IMG/VR virus record: IMGVR_UViG_3300020185_000011
Strand: one strand, 5' to 3'
Source of the DNA: a virus
DNA: 64,000 bases
The translations under genes were made by a program, and so were the position numbers. Shown in pieces: positions 19,142 through 29,756 of this stretch. The notes beneath the pieces were generated by a model. The model was not told the origin of the DNA, ran no database searches, and saw only the letters and a list, made by a program, of their open reading frames with translations. Within the stretch, counting starts at the first letter, position 1. Each line of letters begins with the position of its first letter.

Positions 19142-20446
19142 ATGTTTTTATCAGAAAACTTACAAGAAAAGTGGGAGCCGATTCTAGAACACTCCGATTT
19201 ACCAAAAATCGAAGACAACTACAAGCGTGCTGTTACTGCTGTTATTCTTGAAAACCAAGAGAAGGCCCTTTTCGAAGAGCAAGGAAACTTGGAAGAAGCA
19301 GCACCTTTAAATGCTACTGGAAGCGCGGTTGCAAACTGGAATCCTATTTTGATTTCATTAGTAAGACGTGCTATGCCAAATCTCGTTGCATACGACATTT
19401 GTGGTGTTCAACCAATGACAGGCCCAACTGGACTTATCTTTGCTATGAAAGCAAGATATAACGATGATACTGACGCCGATAGAGCTGCAAAATCAGAAGC
19501 ACTTCATAACGAAGCAAGAACTGATTACTCTGCATCTCCTCAAGGAACAGGTACTTCACTAGGTTCAGACCCAATAGGTGACCCTTTCGACACATCATCT
19601 CCTTCATACGCATCCACTACAAGTGGTGGTATGAGTACTGCTTCTGCTGAAGCATTAGGTGATGGAGCAGGAAATCACTTTGCAGAGATGGCATTCTCAA
19701 TCGAGAAAGCTACTGTCACTGCTAAATCCAGAGCATTAAAAGCTGAGTACACACTCGAACTTGCACAAGACCTCAAAGCAATCCACGGTCTTGACGCAGA
19801 ATCAGAACTTGCAAATATTCTTTCATCAGAAATTCTTGCAGAAATCAACCGTGAAGTTATCAGAAATGTTAACTTACAAGCAAAAACTGGTGCAGCTTCA
19901 ACAGCTTCAGCAGGTACTTTCAACCTAGACGTTGATGCTAACGGTAGATGGTCTGTTGAGAAATTCAAAGGATTATTGTTCCAAATCGAAAGAGAATCAA
20001 ACTTCATCGCTAAAGATACACGTAGAGGAAAAGGTAACTTTATCCTATGTTCATCTGATGTAGCTTCTGCTCTTTCAATGGCAGGTGTATTAGATTACAC
20101 TCCTGCTCTTAACACAAACTTAAACGTTGACGATACTGGTAATACTTTTGCTGGTCTTCTAAACGGAAGAGTTAAAGTATATGTTGACCCATATGCTGGT
20201 GTTGACTACTTAACAGTAGGTTATAGAGGAACTAACCCTTATGATGCTGGTCTTTTCTATTGCCCATACGTTCCATTACAAATGGTTCGTGCAGTAGGTG
20301 AGAACACATTCCAACCAAAAATCGGTTTCAAAACTAGATATGGTATGGTTTCAAATCCATTCGTAGGTGCTACACCTGCTGACGGACTTGCATCCGCTGG
20401 AACTAACCAGTACTACAGAAAGATGGCAGTGTCTAACATTCTGTAA
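19142..20446 (+). CDS. gp23: Major capsid protein
   Basis: GVQPMTGPTGLIFAM, ELAQDLKAIHGLDAE, FQPKIGFKTRYG. Confidence 0.97.
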   Translation: MFLSENLQEKWEPILEHSDLPKIEDNYKRAVTAVILENQEKALFEEQGNLEEAAPLNATGSAVANWNPILISLVRRAMPNLVAYDICGVQPMTGPTGLIFAMKARYNDDTDADRAAKSEALHNEARTDYSASPQGTGTSLGSDPIGDPFDTSSPSYASTTSGGMSTASAEALGDGAGNHFAEMAFSIEKATVTAKSRALKAEYTLELAQDLKAIHGLDAESELANILSSEILAEINREVIRNVNLQAKTGAASTASAGTFNLDVDANGRWSVEKFKGLLFQIERESNFIAKDTRRGKGNFILCSSDVASALSMAGVLDYTPALNTNLNVDDTGNTFAGLLNGRVKVYVDPYAGVDYLTVGYRGTNPYDAGLFYCPYVPLQMVRAVGENTFQPKIGFKTRYGMVSNPFVGATPADGLASAGTNQYYRKMAVSNIL

Positions 20447-20480
20447 GGAACTTAGGTTCTCATTCCTTAATTGGAATACT

Positions 20481-20508
20481 AAAACCCCTCTCACGAGGGG
20501 TTTTTTTT
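20481..20508. terminator. Bidirectional intrinsic terminator
   Basis: AAAA-CCCCTC-TCAC-GAGGGG-TTTTTTTT. Confidence 0.85.
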
Positions 20509-20796
20509 AGCATGACTGAATCGTTCAATGTCTTGGGTATGACCCCAATTCTTTACACCGTGTCCTTCTAGTGGGGCCTTACCCCAATTTTATTAAGGTC
20601 AATAGGTAGTGACCATACGGAAGTTCGTTTACCACACCATTCCAATTTGTCAGAAATTTCAAGTGCTTCTCTGTTCGGATTCTATCCACACCTCACGATT
20701 ATATGCCACGTCTTAATTGACTTTAACAGTGTGGAACACCTTGTCTATACGGAACAACCTCTCACAACCATCTAACTTCCGTCTCGACTTCCTACC
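20481..20796 (-). ncRNA. Putative structured non-coding RNA (~300 nt), family unrecognised
   Basis: No ORF on either strand; own promoters on the minus strand; several helices; ends at the bidirectional terminator. Confidence 0.6.
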
Positions 20797-20801
20797 TTAC
20801 A

Positions 20802-20845
20802 AGTATACCAAAATATGATATCCATTGTCAAGGCACATATTTATA
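20802..20845 (-). promoter_or_regulatory. Tandem early (GCCTTGACA-N18-TATACT) and late (TATAAATA) promoters firing into the ncRNA
   Basis: -35 at 20826-20831, -10 at 20802-20807, TATAAATA at 20838-20845, all on the minus strand. Confidence 0.75.
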
Positions 20846-20861
20846 CGCGATAAATAAGTAT

Positions 20862-21659
20862 ATGAAGATGATTAAGTATGGTGAGGGGTTGGAAGGTTTC
20901 TTTAAATGGAAGAATCCAATCACAGATGACGAACACACAATGTACCTTCCAACGGAAGCAAGAGTTAAAAAGGTTATCGATTGTAAAGGTGAAGACTGGT
21001 TTGATGGTAAGACTATCCTAGAACTAGGAACTGCACATGGATTGATTGGTAGACACTTTGAGAAGTTGGGTGCAACTGTAAGTTATGCAGATGCTAGACA
21101 AGAACTACTGGATTCCATAGAAACAGACTCAGAAAAGTTATGTATCAATCATAATGACGAATGGTCTTTCAATAGAAAGTGGGATTTGATTATACACTTT
21201 GGTACTCTATATCATGTTAAAAACATCTATGATGATTTGAGAAGAGCATTTAATCATACGGATGAAATGTTCTTAGAGACTGCAGTCAATTCATTACCAA
21301 TGCCAGCACCATGGTTTAGACAAGAAGAGTGGTCGGGTGTACATGGAGCTCCAGGCGAAAAGAAGAAGAAAAATTCTAGAGTCTTTAATGGGTTCGACCA
21401 GTGGGAAGCTTCATTTAATGATACACATGTAGAAGAATACTTAGACGAGATAGGTAAGACCTACACAAGATATGATGATGAAGATTTGGATAATGAATTT
21501 GGTATAATCATACCTAACGAAGTCTACAGAAGAGACGTGTATAGTTGGACACTAGAAGATGTACACCCTAAGAATCCTATGGAACCAGTTAAGTTTGCAT
21601 CAATACCACCAAATTATGTTCACTTCCGTAGGTTCTGGCATATCAAAACACCTAAATAA
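20862..21659 (+). CDS. Class I SAM-dependent methyltransferase
   Basis: ILELGTAHG motif I, acidic residue after strand 2 (YADAR), WDLIIHFGTLYH. Confidence 0.75.
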   Translation: MKMIKYGEGLEGFFKWKNPITDDEHTMYLPTEARVKKVIDCKGEDWFDGKTILELGTAHGLIGRHFEKLGATVSYADARQELLDSIETDSEKLCINHNDEWSFNRKWDLIIHFGTLYHVKNIYDDLRRAFNHTDEMFLETAVNSLPMPAPWFRQEEWSGVHGAPGEKKKKNSRVFNGFDQWEASFNDTHVEEYLDEIGKTYTRYDDEDLDNEFGIIIPNEVYRRDVYSWTLEDVHPKNPMEPVKFASIPPNYVHFRRFWHIKTPK

Positions 21660-21677
21660 GTATATACGGAGAACAAT

Positions 21678-21896
21678 ATGTCAAATTATGAAAAGAGTGT
21701 ACAAGTTTTAGAGGGCCCATGGGAAGCAAAAATATTTCCACAAGGTCGAGAGAACACAAATGTAATCTCTAGAAAAACTGTAACCACTTATATCCAAGAA
21801 GGATATCTATGTGAGGAAACTACAACAAGAGAGTATAGGGGTGACGATTATCACGACATCACTACTAACAAACGGATAACAAGAGTCCATGGCTGA
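21678..21896 (+). CDS. Hypothetical protein
   Basis: GGAG SD and late box upstream; overlaps the next gene. Confidence 0.6.
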   Translation: MSNYEKSVQVLEGPWEAKIFPQGRENTNVISRKTVTTYIQEGYLCEETTTREYRGDDYHDITTNKRITRVHG

Positions 21897-22425
21897 CATC
21901 AATAAATCCCTTCTCAATAAGAACAACTTTAGACTTCTTATTGATAGGATACCAACTGCAGAATACTTTGTCAAGAAGTGTAATATTCCAGGCGTGTCAT
22001 TCTCAGAATTAGCACATGGTGCTGGGGTTGGGTTGGATGCATATTTTCCAGGCGACAAAGTTACATTTGAAAATCTATCTGTAGACTTCTTGGTGGATGA
22101 AGACCTAGAGAACTTCAAAGAAGTGTACGAATGGATGAATGCAATTGTACCAATTAAAGACCCTAAAGATTATGAGACCTATGTTGGTACCAGTAGAAAT
22201 CTAATAGGAACGTCTTCGGATAAGGGAGATGCAGGCTCAGAAGTATCTGATATCACTCTTATTACAACAACAAACAAAAACATACCCAATAGATACTTTA
22301 GATTTCATGACTGCTTTCCAATCGGTCTAAGTGGATTAGAGTTTGAATCGGGTGCAGATGGTGAATCTGTGGTTGCAACTATTGAGTTTAAATTTACTTA
22401 CTACGACATAGAAACCACTAGTTAG
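21889..22425 (+). CDS. Tail completion/tube terminator (gp3-like)
   Basis: NIPGVSF, FLVDEDLENFKEVYEWM, FHDCFPIGLSGLEF; tube-protein-like fold; position before uvsY. Confidence 0.7.
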   Translation: MADINKSLLNKNNFRLLIDRIPTAEYFVKKCNIPGVSFSELAHGAGVGLDAYFPGDKVTFENLSVDFLVDEDLENFKEVYEWMNAIVPIKDPKDYETYVGTSRNLIGTSSDKGDAGSEVSDITLITTTNKNIPNRYFRFHDCFPIGLSGLEFESGADGESVVATIEFKFTYYDIETTS

Positions 22426-22453
22426 ATTCACGTTTTCGTGATATAATATTATT

Positions 22454-22897
22454 ATGACTTTAGAAGAATTGAAAGCCCAGTGGGCAGGTGACTGTGAAAT
22501 AGATGACATTGAATTGGATACTGCATCCTTAGAAGTACCTAAGCTTCATGCAAAATACCAAGACTTACTTACCAATAAGATTCTAGTCCTTAAGAAATAC
22601 CAAGAACAATACAACACCTTACTTAAAGATAAGTGGTTATGGTTTAATGGTAAAATGGATGACGATAGAATCAGAGAGTTAGGGTGGAACCCCGACCCTT
22701 TTGATGGTCTTAAGATTATGAAGAATGATATGAACATCTTCTTCAATGCAGATAAAGATTTACAAGAACTCAATGCAAAGATTGAGTATCTCAAAGTTAC
22801 GGTAGACTTTCTCAAAGAGTGTATGCAAAATATCACTTGGAGACACCAAACGATTAGAAACACAATCGATTGGAGAAAGTTCATGGCAGGACAATAA
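22454..22897 (+). CDS. uvsY: Recombination mediator
   Basis: PKLHAKY, IRNTIDWRKFMAG. Confidence 0.85.
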   Translation: MTLEELKAQWAGDCEIDDIELDTASLEVPKLHAKYQDLLTNKILVLKKYQEQYNTLLKDKWLWFNGKMDDDRIRELGWNPDPFDGLKIMKNDMNIFFNADKDLQELNAKIEYLKVTVDFLKECMQNITWRHQTIRNTIDWRKFMAGQ

Positions 22898-23607
22898 TGA
22901 ATTTACAAAATTACATGTGGACATATCCGTCTCTATTAACTTCAGAGGAAGTTGAATTTATCAATGGTAAAGCTTTAGACTTCCCTCTAGAGGAAGGTGC
23001 AGTTGGTCAAGGTGGAAGGTTAGACCTAGACCCCGATGCAGAACAAGCTCATATGGAAAGAGGAAACGGTAGTGGTGGTAAAGTTGTTGATAACATAAGA
23101 GCATCAGATGTTCGTTGGTTGCATGGAGACCACCTAGAAATCTTGGGAGATGTATTCACCAAGATTACCGAAGCAGTTACCATGGGGATGAAACAGAGTG
23201 GATGGAATGTTGACATAGAACAAGTAGAACCATTTCAGCATACAACTTACCATGCACAACAAGGTGAACGAGGTGGATTCTATACATGGCATACAGATGC
23301 TGGAGATAAACCATACGAAAATAGTGGTATGATTAGAAAGTTAAGTATGTCTATTCAGCTGACAGACCCCGATGAATATGAAGGTGGTAACTTCCAGTGG
23401 ATAGAAGATGTCCGTGCAAAGGACACACTTACACGTGAAGATTATACACGAGACATGAGAGATTTCTATAGACAAATTCCCAACTCATCAAAACAAAAGG
23501 GGTCATTGATATTGTTCCCTTCCTTTGTACATCATCAAGTGACTCCTGTCACTAAGGGAACTCGAACCAGTTTAGTCGGTTGGTTTATAGGATATCCATA
23601 CAAATAA
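22897..23607 (+). CDS. 2OG-Fe(II) oxygenase (PKHD-type)
   Basis: YTWHTD, RKLSMSIQL, YEGG, FPSFVHHQVTPVTKGTRTSLVGW. Confidence 0.85.
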   Translation: MNLQNYMWTYPSLLTSEEVEFINGKALDFPLEEGAVGQGGRLDLDPDAEQAHMERGNGSGGKVVDNIRASDVRWLHGDHLEILGDVFTKITEAVTMGMKQSGWNVDIEQVEPFQHTTYHAQQGERGGFYTWHTDAGDKPYENSGMIRKLSMSIQLTDPDEYEGGNFQWIEDVRAKDTLTREDYTRDMRDFYRQIPNSSKQKGSLILFPSFVHHQVTPVTKGTRTSLVGWFIGYPYK

Positions 23608-23608
23608 A

Positions 23609-25033
23609 ATGAAAGTCATAGTATCAAAGGTGGACGAATGTTTCATGAGGGTAGACTGTGATGACGGTTTAGCCAAAGACCTTCATGACTATTTCTCTTT
23701 CACTGTACCAAACGCAAAGTTCATGCCAAGTTATAAAAACAAATGGTGGGACGGTAAAGTATATCTTTTCTCAATCAAAACACATAAGATTTATATTGGG
23801 TTACTTCCATACGTAGATGAGTTCTGCAGAGAACGAGGTTACGAGTTTGAAGGTATTCAAGATGTTATTGGTAAGAAGCAAAGAAACAACGGGCCGATAT
23901 CAATAGAAGATTGGATTAGTATATTAGACCTTCCATTTGAACCAAGAGATTACCAGTTAGAAGCTTTTAAAACTGCAGTTCAATATGGTAGGCAACTATT
24001 ATTATCACCCACTGCAAGTGGTAAGTCTCTAATCATTTATTTACTTGCAAGATACTATGACTCTAAGACAGTCATCATTGTACCCACCACATCATTAGTG
24101 GAACAGATGACTAAGGATTTTAAAGACTACGGATACAAAGACCCTATCTGTAAAATTTATCATGGTCAAGAAGTTTTCGATGCACCAATCACAGTTACCA
24201 CATGGCAGTCATTTAGTAAAGCACCAAAGGAAGTAATGCAATCATTCGATGTTGTAATAGGAGACGAAGCTCATCTGTTTAAAGCAAATGTACTGAAAGG
24301 TATACTTGAAAAGATGAAGACTACTGCTGTACGTATTGGATGTACTGGTACACTGGACGGAACAGAAGTACACAGACTACAACTAGAAGGTTTATTCGGC
24401 CCTGTCAAAAAGGTCATAAGCACAAAGGAGTTGATGGATTCGGGAACGATTGCAAATTTAAAAATAGAATGTGTCATACTTCGTCATACTAAACAGAAAA
24501 AAATGTCATACCAAGATGAGATGGATTATCTAGTATCACATCAAGAAAGAAATCATTTCATAACTAATCTTGTGGGGTCACTGAAAGGTAATACCCTAGT
24601 ACTATTTCAATACATTGAGAAACATGGACAACCACTATGGGAAATGTTCAACCCCATGGTCACACGAAGAAAGGGAACGCTCCACTATGTCAATGGTGGG
24701 ACAGATGTAGAAGACCGAGAAGCAGTTAGAGAAATAGTAGAGAGAAGTAACAATAACGTCATACTAGCATCATACGGAACTTTCTCTACAGGTGTTAACA
24801 TCAAACGAATAGACAATATTGTCTTCGCATCCCCAAGTAAAAGTCGAATCAGAAACCTTCAATCTATAGGTAGAGGACTTCGTAAGGCTGACGGTAAAAC
24901 AGAGATGAAATTGTTTGACATATCAGATGATATGCAATGCGAAAATCATACCCTAAATCACCTCAAAGAACGTATAAATATATACAACGAAGAAAACTTT
25001 ACATACGAGATAAGGCAGTTCGATTTAAAATGA
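23609..25033 (+). CDS. uvsW: SF2 DNA helicase
   Basis: PTASGKS, DEAH, QSIGRGLR. Confidence 0.95.
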   Translation: MKVIVSKVDECFMRVDCDDGLAKDLHDYFSFTVPNAKFMPSYKNKWWDGKVYLFSIKTHKIYIGLLPYVDEFCRERGYEFEGIQDVIGKKQRNNGPISIEDWISILDLPFEPRDYQLEAFKTAVQYGRQLLLSPTASGKSLIIYLLARYYDSKTVIIVPTTSLVEQMTKDFKDYGYKDPICKIYHGQEVFDAPITVTTWQSFSKAPKEVMQSFDVVIGDEAHLFKANVLKGILEKMKTTAVRIGCTGTLDGTEVHRLQLEGLFGPVKKVISTKELMDSGTIANLKIECVILRHTKQKKMSYQDEMDYLVSHQERNHFITNLVGSLKGNTLVLFQYIEKHGQPLWEMFNPMVTRRKGTLHYVNGGTDVEDREAVREIVERSNNNVILASYGTFSTGVNIKRIDNIVFASPSKSRIRNLQSIGRGLRKADGKTEMKLFDISDDMQCENHTLNHLKERINIYNEENFTYEIRQFDLK

Positions 25034-25491
25034 CAAGACCCTCAGATTTAACACCACAAAAATACGAAGTTGTAAAACTAAAAACTGGTAGTGAAGTGGT
25101 GGGTATGGTAAGAGACACAACTAAAGGTATTGAGATAACACTACCTATGATGTGTCAGTTAACCGTGCAAAATAAACTTGAAACTCTTGCAACCTTCTAT
25201 CCGTATGCACCTCTTAGTGATGACCCAATCATCGTTATTCCAAATGACCAAATACTATACCGTAGTAATATGAACCAGCAGTTCGTTCCATTCTATGATG
25301 AAGCTTCATCAAGGTGGTTGGAGATGGTAGAAACACAAACCATTCCTCTAACCAATAAAAAGAACACACCCGATGATGTACGTAGAGACTATCTAACGAA
25401 AGTAATGGAGTCCCTTGTCCCCGAAGACATAGACTTAATCGATGAAGACTTCGACCTTGAAGACTTCGACCCCAATAAAACTATCCATTAG
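25030..25491 (+). CDS. Conserved T4-like hypothetical protein (Sm-like fold)
   Basis: VVKLKTGSEVVG; ATGA overlap with the uvsW stop. Confidence 0.6.
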   Translation: MTRPSDLTPQKYEVVKLKTGSEVVGMVRDTTKGIEITLPMMCQLTVQNKLETLATFYPYAPLSDDPIIVIPNDQILYRSNMNQQFVPFYDEASSRWLEMVETQTIPLTNKKNTPDDVRRDYLTKVMESLVPEDIDLIDEDFDLEDFDPNKTIH

Positions 25492-25577
25492 GATTTTTAT
25501 TTGTCTAAATAAGTGCGTATAATTGGTGTCTATATACTATTATACAAAATTTTTATAACTTAATTAAAAGGAAAACC

Positions 25578-26240
25578 ATGACCACAGCAACTTTGTTTGC
25601 GAAGAGCATGGTACGAAAAGCTAGAGAAGTCAAAGAGAACAAACGTGTTTGTGCAATCTGTGACACTATCGAATTTCTAGTGCTGTTAACTCTTCCATTT
25701 GCTCTACCATTCTTAGTAATTTCATTCAGTTCACCGTACTGAAATGAGTTCTAAGAAACTAAACAAGCTACGGGAACAGACAGAGATAGTATGTCTCTGT
25801 CTTGTTTTCATCGCATCCATTATAGGTTTAATTCCTAATGTCTGATATTTGGTTATTGATTAGTGGGTTGACCTTTCAACTTATAGTACTAATAGCCCTT
25901 CACCTTTATAACCCAAAATGATACATGTACCTTGGTTTCAAAAACCCGAAAACGAAAGAACTGCTTTGCAGATTGTTAACCTATCACCCAGTGAAAGTTC
26001 TATAGAAAAGTTAGTTGAGATGCATCCCATGAGACAAGTCTTTTGGGCATCGATAATTCAAATCTCTGTATTTGGATTCATGTTACTTTCATTCTATATC
26101 ATTGACAAGTTTGTGTCATGATAAAGTATTCCTTTGCTGTGATTCTTCTTATGCAATGGACGTTCCTCGAACGAGAGCCTGGAGCGTTACGTGCAGTCCG
26201 AGAATTGGAACAATTCAAACGACACGTTCAGACGTTATAA
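25578..26240 (+). CDS. Five coupled small hydrophobic ORFs: 25578-25742 (54 aa), 25744-25845 (33 aa), 25838-25921 (27 aa), 25918-26121 (67 aa), 26118-26240 (40 aa)
   Basis: AAGGA SD for the first; abutting or overlapping start/stop codons; each has one hydrophobic segment. Confidence 0.55.
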
Positions 26241-26406
26241 ATACAATTGTACATAAGAAGATAGAGTTAGTTATTACTAGCTAAGTATATCCCCCTTGGG
26301 ACATATTCATTTTATCACAGTTTTTCTATTTGTACAGTGGCTTTTAAAATTTATTTTTATTAAGAAAGCCCCTTACAATACCACATAAAAAGGGTATAAT
26401 GTATAC

Positions 26407-26964
26407 ATGACTAAGAAAAAAGACCCCAAAAAAGCAGAACACTACGTTAACAACAAAGAGTTTACAGCTGCAGTTGCAGAGTTTAATACTTTAGTTGCAA
26501 AGGCAGAATCTGCTGGGAAAGAACCCCCTCGAATGACTGAATACATTGGTGAGTGCATCTATAAGATTGCAACCCGATTATCCACTCGACCCAATTTCAT
26601 CAACTATACTTACCGTGACGAAATGATTTGTGATGCAATCGAAAATTGCATACAATACATTGGTAACTTCAACGTTGAAAAGTCCAACAATGCATTTGCA
26701 TATGTTACTCAGATTTGTTATTACGCTTTCTTAAGAAGGATACAGAAGGAAAAGAAACAAGTCTACATCAAACAAAAACAAATCATGGAATCATCTATTA
26801 CTATGGATTCATTTGCAACCATCGATGGTCAACACGACCCAAGTTTATCGAACACGAATGTGGAATGGATGCAAGAGAATATGAATCGTGTAGAGTATGA
26901 ACCACGTAAATCAAAAAACAAAAAGAAGAAAGCTAACAAGAACTTAGAAAACTTTACTGAATGA
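26407..26964 (+). CDS. gp55: Late transcription sigma factor
   Basis: HYVNNKEF, PNFINYTYRDEMICDAIENC, NAFAYVTQICYYAFLRRIQKEKKQ. Confidence 0.95.
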   Translation: MTKKKDPKKAEHYVNNKEFTAAVAEFNTLVAKAESAGKEPPRMTEYIGECIYKIATRLSTRPNFINYTYRDEMICDAIENCIQYIGNFNVEKSNNAFAYVTQICYYAFLRRIQKEKKQVYIKQKQIMESSITMDSFATIDGQHDPSLSNTNVEWMQENMNRVEYEPRKSKNKKKKANKNLENFTE

Positions 26965-28031
26965 AGATAGCGATATTAAATGATACCCATTGTGGTGTCC
27001 GTTCAGATATGGTTGAAATGTCCAAGTATCAAGGACGTTTCTATGAAGAGATATTCTTTCCATATCTAGATGAGCATAACATCAAACAGATTATCCATAT
27101 GGGTGATTACTTTGATAGACGTAAGTATGTCAACTTTGCATCGATGAAAGCAAACATCGAACACTTTGTTGAGCCTATGAATGAAAGGGGAATCAAGATG
27201 GACTTGATTCTAGGTAACCATGATACATATTATAAAAACACGAATGATGTTAACTCACCCGAGTTATTATTATACAATCAACCTAACATTACCGTTCATG
27301 CCGACCCTATTGTAAAGGAGTATGATGATTTTCCTATTGCATTAGTTCCATGGATTAATCCCGAGAACTATGCTGACATGGTAGAGTTTATGCAGACAGC
27401 TCCAGCAACACACTGTATGGGTCACTTTGAAATAGAAGGTGCATTACTATTACCTAATATGACATGTCAACATGGACTAGACATATCTTATCTTAAGAGA
27501 TTCGAACAAGTCTACAGTGGTCATTTCCATCATAAATCAGAAGTAAAGAATGTAAGATACCTAGGTTCCCAAATGGAATTCACTTGGTCTGATTACAATG
27601 ATAAAAAGTATTTTCATATTTTTGATACAGAGACAAAAGAGATTACCCCAGTTCACAATCCTCTCACTATGTTTGAGAAAGGATATTATGACGATGGTAA
27701 GATAAAAGATTTTGATGAGTTACAAAACATGGACTACTCAAAATTCGACGGCAAGTTTGTAAAAATTATTGTTGTTAACAAAGACAATCCGTATTGGTTT
27801 GATTCATTCCTTGATAAAGTACATGCATCTAATCCTTTACACGTTGCAGTTGTTGATGATAATAAACACATGGACTTCTTTGATGATGATGAAATCGAAG
27901 GAGTAGATGATACCCTAACCATATTATCCAAGTATGTTGATGGGTTGGAGATACAAGGTAAGAAAGAGAAGCTCGATGAGATAATGAAGAGCTTATATAA
28001 TGAAGCATTGGATGAACATACTTACTTATGA
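26961..28031 (+). CDS. gp47: Recombination nuclease (Mre11/SbcD-like)
   Basis: DTH, GDYFD, GNHD, GHFH phosphoesterase motifs. Confidence 0.95.
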   Translation: MKIAILNDTHCGVRSDMVEMSKYQGRFYEEIFFPYLDEHNIKQIIHMGDYFDRRKYVNFASMKANIEHFVEPMNERGIKMDLILGNHDTYYKNTNDVNSPELLLYNQPNITVHADPIVKEYDDFPIALVPWINPENYADMVEFMQTAPATHCMGHFEIEGALLLPNMTCQHGLDISYLKRFEQVYSGHFHHKSEVKNVRYLGSQMEFTWSDYNDKKYFHIFDTETKEITPVHNPLTMFEKGYYDDGKIKDFDELQNMDYSKFDGKFVKIIVVNKDNPYWFDSFLDKVHASNPLHVAVVDDNKHMDFFDDDEIEGVDDTLTILSKYVDGLEIQGKKEKLDEIMKSLYNEALDEHTYL

Positions 28032-29743
28032 TAAATTTCAAAAAGGTGAGATGGAAGAATTTACTTTCATCGGGAAATAAATTTACTGAAATACAATTAG
28101 ACGGACATCAAACCACCCTTATTCTTGGTGACAATGGTGCTGGTAAATCCACACTATTAGATGCATTGTGTTTCGGATTATACGGACGTGGATTTCGGAA
28201 TCTAAAAAAAGAACTTCTTATTAATAGTATTAATGAGAAAGCTTTGGTAGTAGAAATAGAGTTCTCTATTGGTAAGAAAAGTTATAAAATTATCCGTGGC
28301 GCAAAACCAAACATCTTTGAATTGTATGTTGACGATATCCTAGTCAATCAAGATGCAACAGTGAGAGACTACCAAGACCATCTAGAGAAACATATACTTA
28401 AGATGTCTTATCGTTCATTTACACAGGTTGCAATATTGGGTTCTGCAAACTTCACACCTTTCATGCAACTCAGAGCAAAGGATAGAAGGAAGTTGGTAGA
28501 AGACTTACTGGATATCAACATTTTCACAACCATGATGCAACTTTTAAGAAAGAAGAAAGCTGCACATCAAATCGATTTGAAAGATACTCAACATCAAGTA
28601 GAGATTCTAGAAGAAAGACTCAATGGTCTGAACGAACAAGTCAAAGTCATGACAGAAAATCGAATGGCAAAGATTACACAGTTCGAAAAGAATGTAATAG
28701 ACACCAACATTAATATAGGTGAGCTAATGGATGTTATAGATACTAACAGTCAAGAGATTGATAAGATTCAATTAACAATTTCAGACAAGGATTCTATTTC
28801 TAAAAAGTTGAAAGACTTACAAGAAATGGAGAAACAACTTGAAACTGCAAGAAAGAAAGCACTTAAGGAAGTCGAATTCTATGAAGAGAATGATGAATGT
28901 CCAACATGTAAGCAAGGTTTAGATGAGGAACATAAGAAGGAACACCTCGAATCAAAGACTAAGAAGGCAACGGAGATTGCACATGCACTCCAACAAATTG
29001 AAGATGGAGTTACCGATGCATCAAAACGAATATCAGAAATCGGAGACATCCAATACGACATCGACAATATCCAGCGACAAATAGGATTACACCAAACCGA
29101 AATCCTATCCAATCAAAAATACATACAAAAAATTAACGGTGAAATCGAAGCACTAAAAATCGAATCCGATGGTGGTACAGATGTACATGAAAGAATAACC
29201 AAAGGTGAAGATGAGTTAGATGTTCTACACACTAAACACAAATCTTTAATAGACAAGACTCACTACTATGAGATTGCAACAATGCTTCTCAGAGACCAAG
29301 GTGTGAAGGAAAAGATTATTAAACAGTACGTTCCTATCATGAACAAGCTTATCAATAAGTACCTTGCACAATTAGAGTTCTATGTTGGATTTGAATTAGA
29401 TGAATCCTTTGATGAAACAATCAAGTCAAGATTCAGAGACGTATTCAAATACGAAAACTTTTCACAAGGTGAGAAGATGAGAATCGACCTTGCACTACTA
29501 TTCACATGGAGAAGTGTTGCAAGAATGAAGAACTCAGTAAACACCAACCTACTCATCCTAGACGAAGTCTTTGACTCATCTTTAGATGTTGCTGGTACAG
29601 ATGAATTTTTAAAGCTGTTAAACACCTTGACAGATGGAGTAAATGCATTTATTATTAGTCATAAGGGCGATACATTATATGATAAGTTCAGTAATGTATT
29701 GAGATTTGAGAAGTATAAAAACTTCTCTAGACTGGCAGATTAG
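28028..29743 (+). CDS. gp46: Recombination ATPase (Rad50/SbcC-like)
   Basis: GDNGAGKS, CPTC hook, FSQGE, LDEVFD. Confidence 0.95.
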   Translation: MINFKKVRWKNLLSSGNKFTEIQLDGHQTTLILGDNGAGKSTLLDALCFGLYGRGFRNLKKELLINSINEKALVVEIEFSIGKKSYKIIRGAKPNIFELYVDDILVNQDATVRDYQDHLEKHILKMSYRSFTQVAILGSANFTPFMQLRAKDRRKLVEDLLDINIFTTMMQLLRKKKAAHQIDLKDTQHQVEILEERLNGLNEQVKVMTENRMAKITQFEKNVIDTNINIGELMDVIDTNSQEIDKIQLTISDKDSISKKLKDLQEMEKQLETARKKALKEVEFYEENDECPTCKQGLDEEHKKEHLESKTKKATEIAHALQQIEDGVTDASKRISEIGDIQYDIDNIQRQIGLHQTEILSNQKYIQKINGEIEALKIESDGGTDVHERITKGEDELDVLHTKHKSLIDKTHYYEIATMLLRDQGVKEKIIKQYVPIMNKLINKYLAQLEFYVGFELDESFDETIKSRFRDVFKYENFSQGEKMRIDLALLFTWRSVARMKNSVNTNLLILDEVFDSSLDVAGTDEFLKLLNTLTDGVNAFIISHKGDTLYDKFSNVLRFEKYKNFSRLAD

Positions 29744-29756
29744 GATAAATAGTATT

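Noticed and set aside
20481-20800. tRNA, tmRNA or group I intron
   Set aside because: No cloverleaf, T-loop or CCA end, no tag frame recognised, and the element lies outside any coding sequence.
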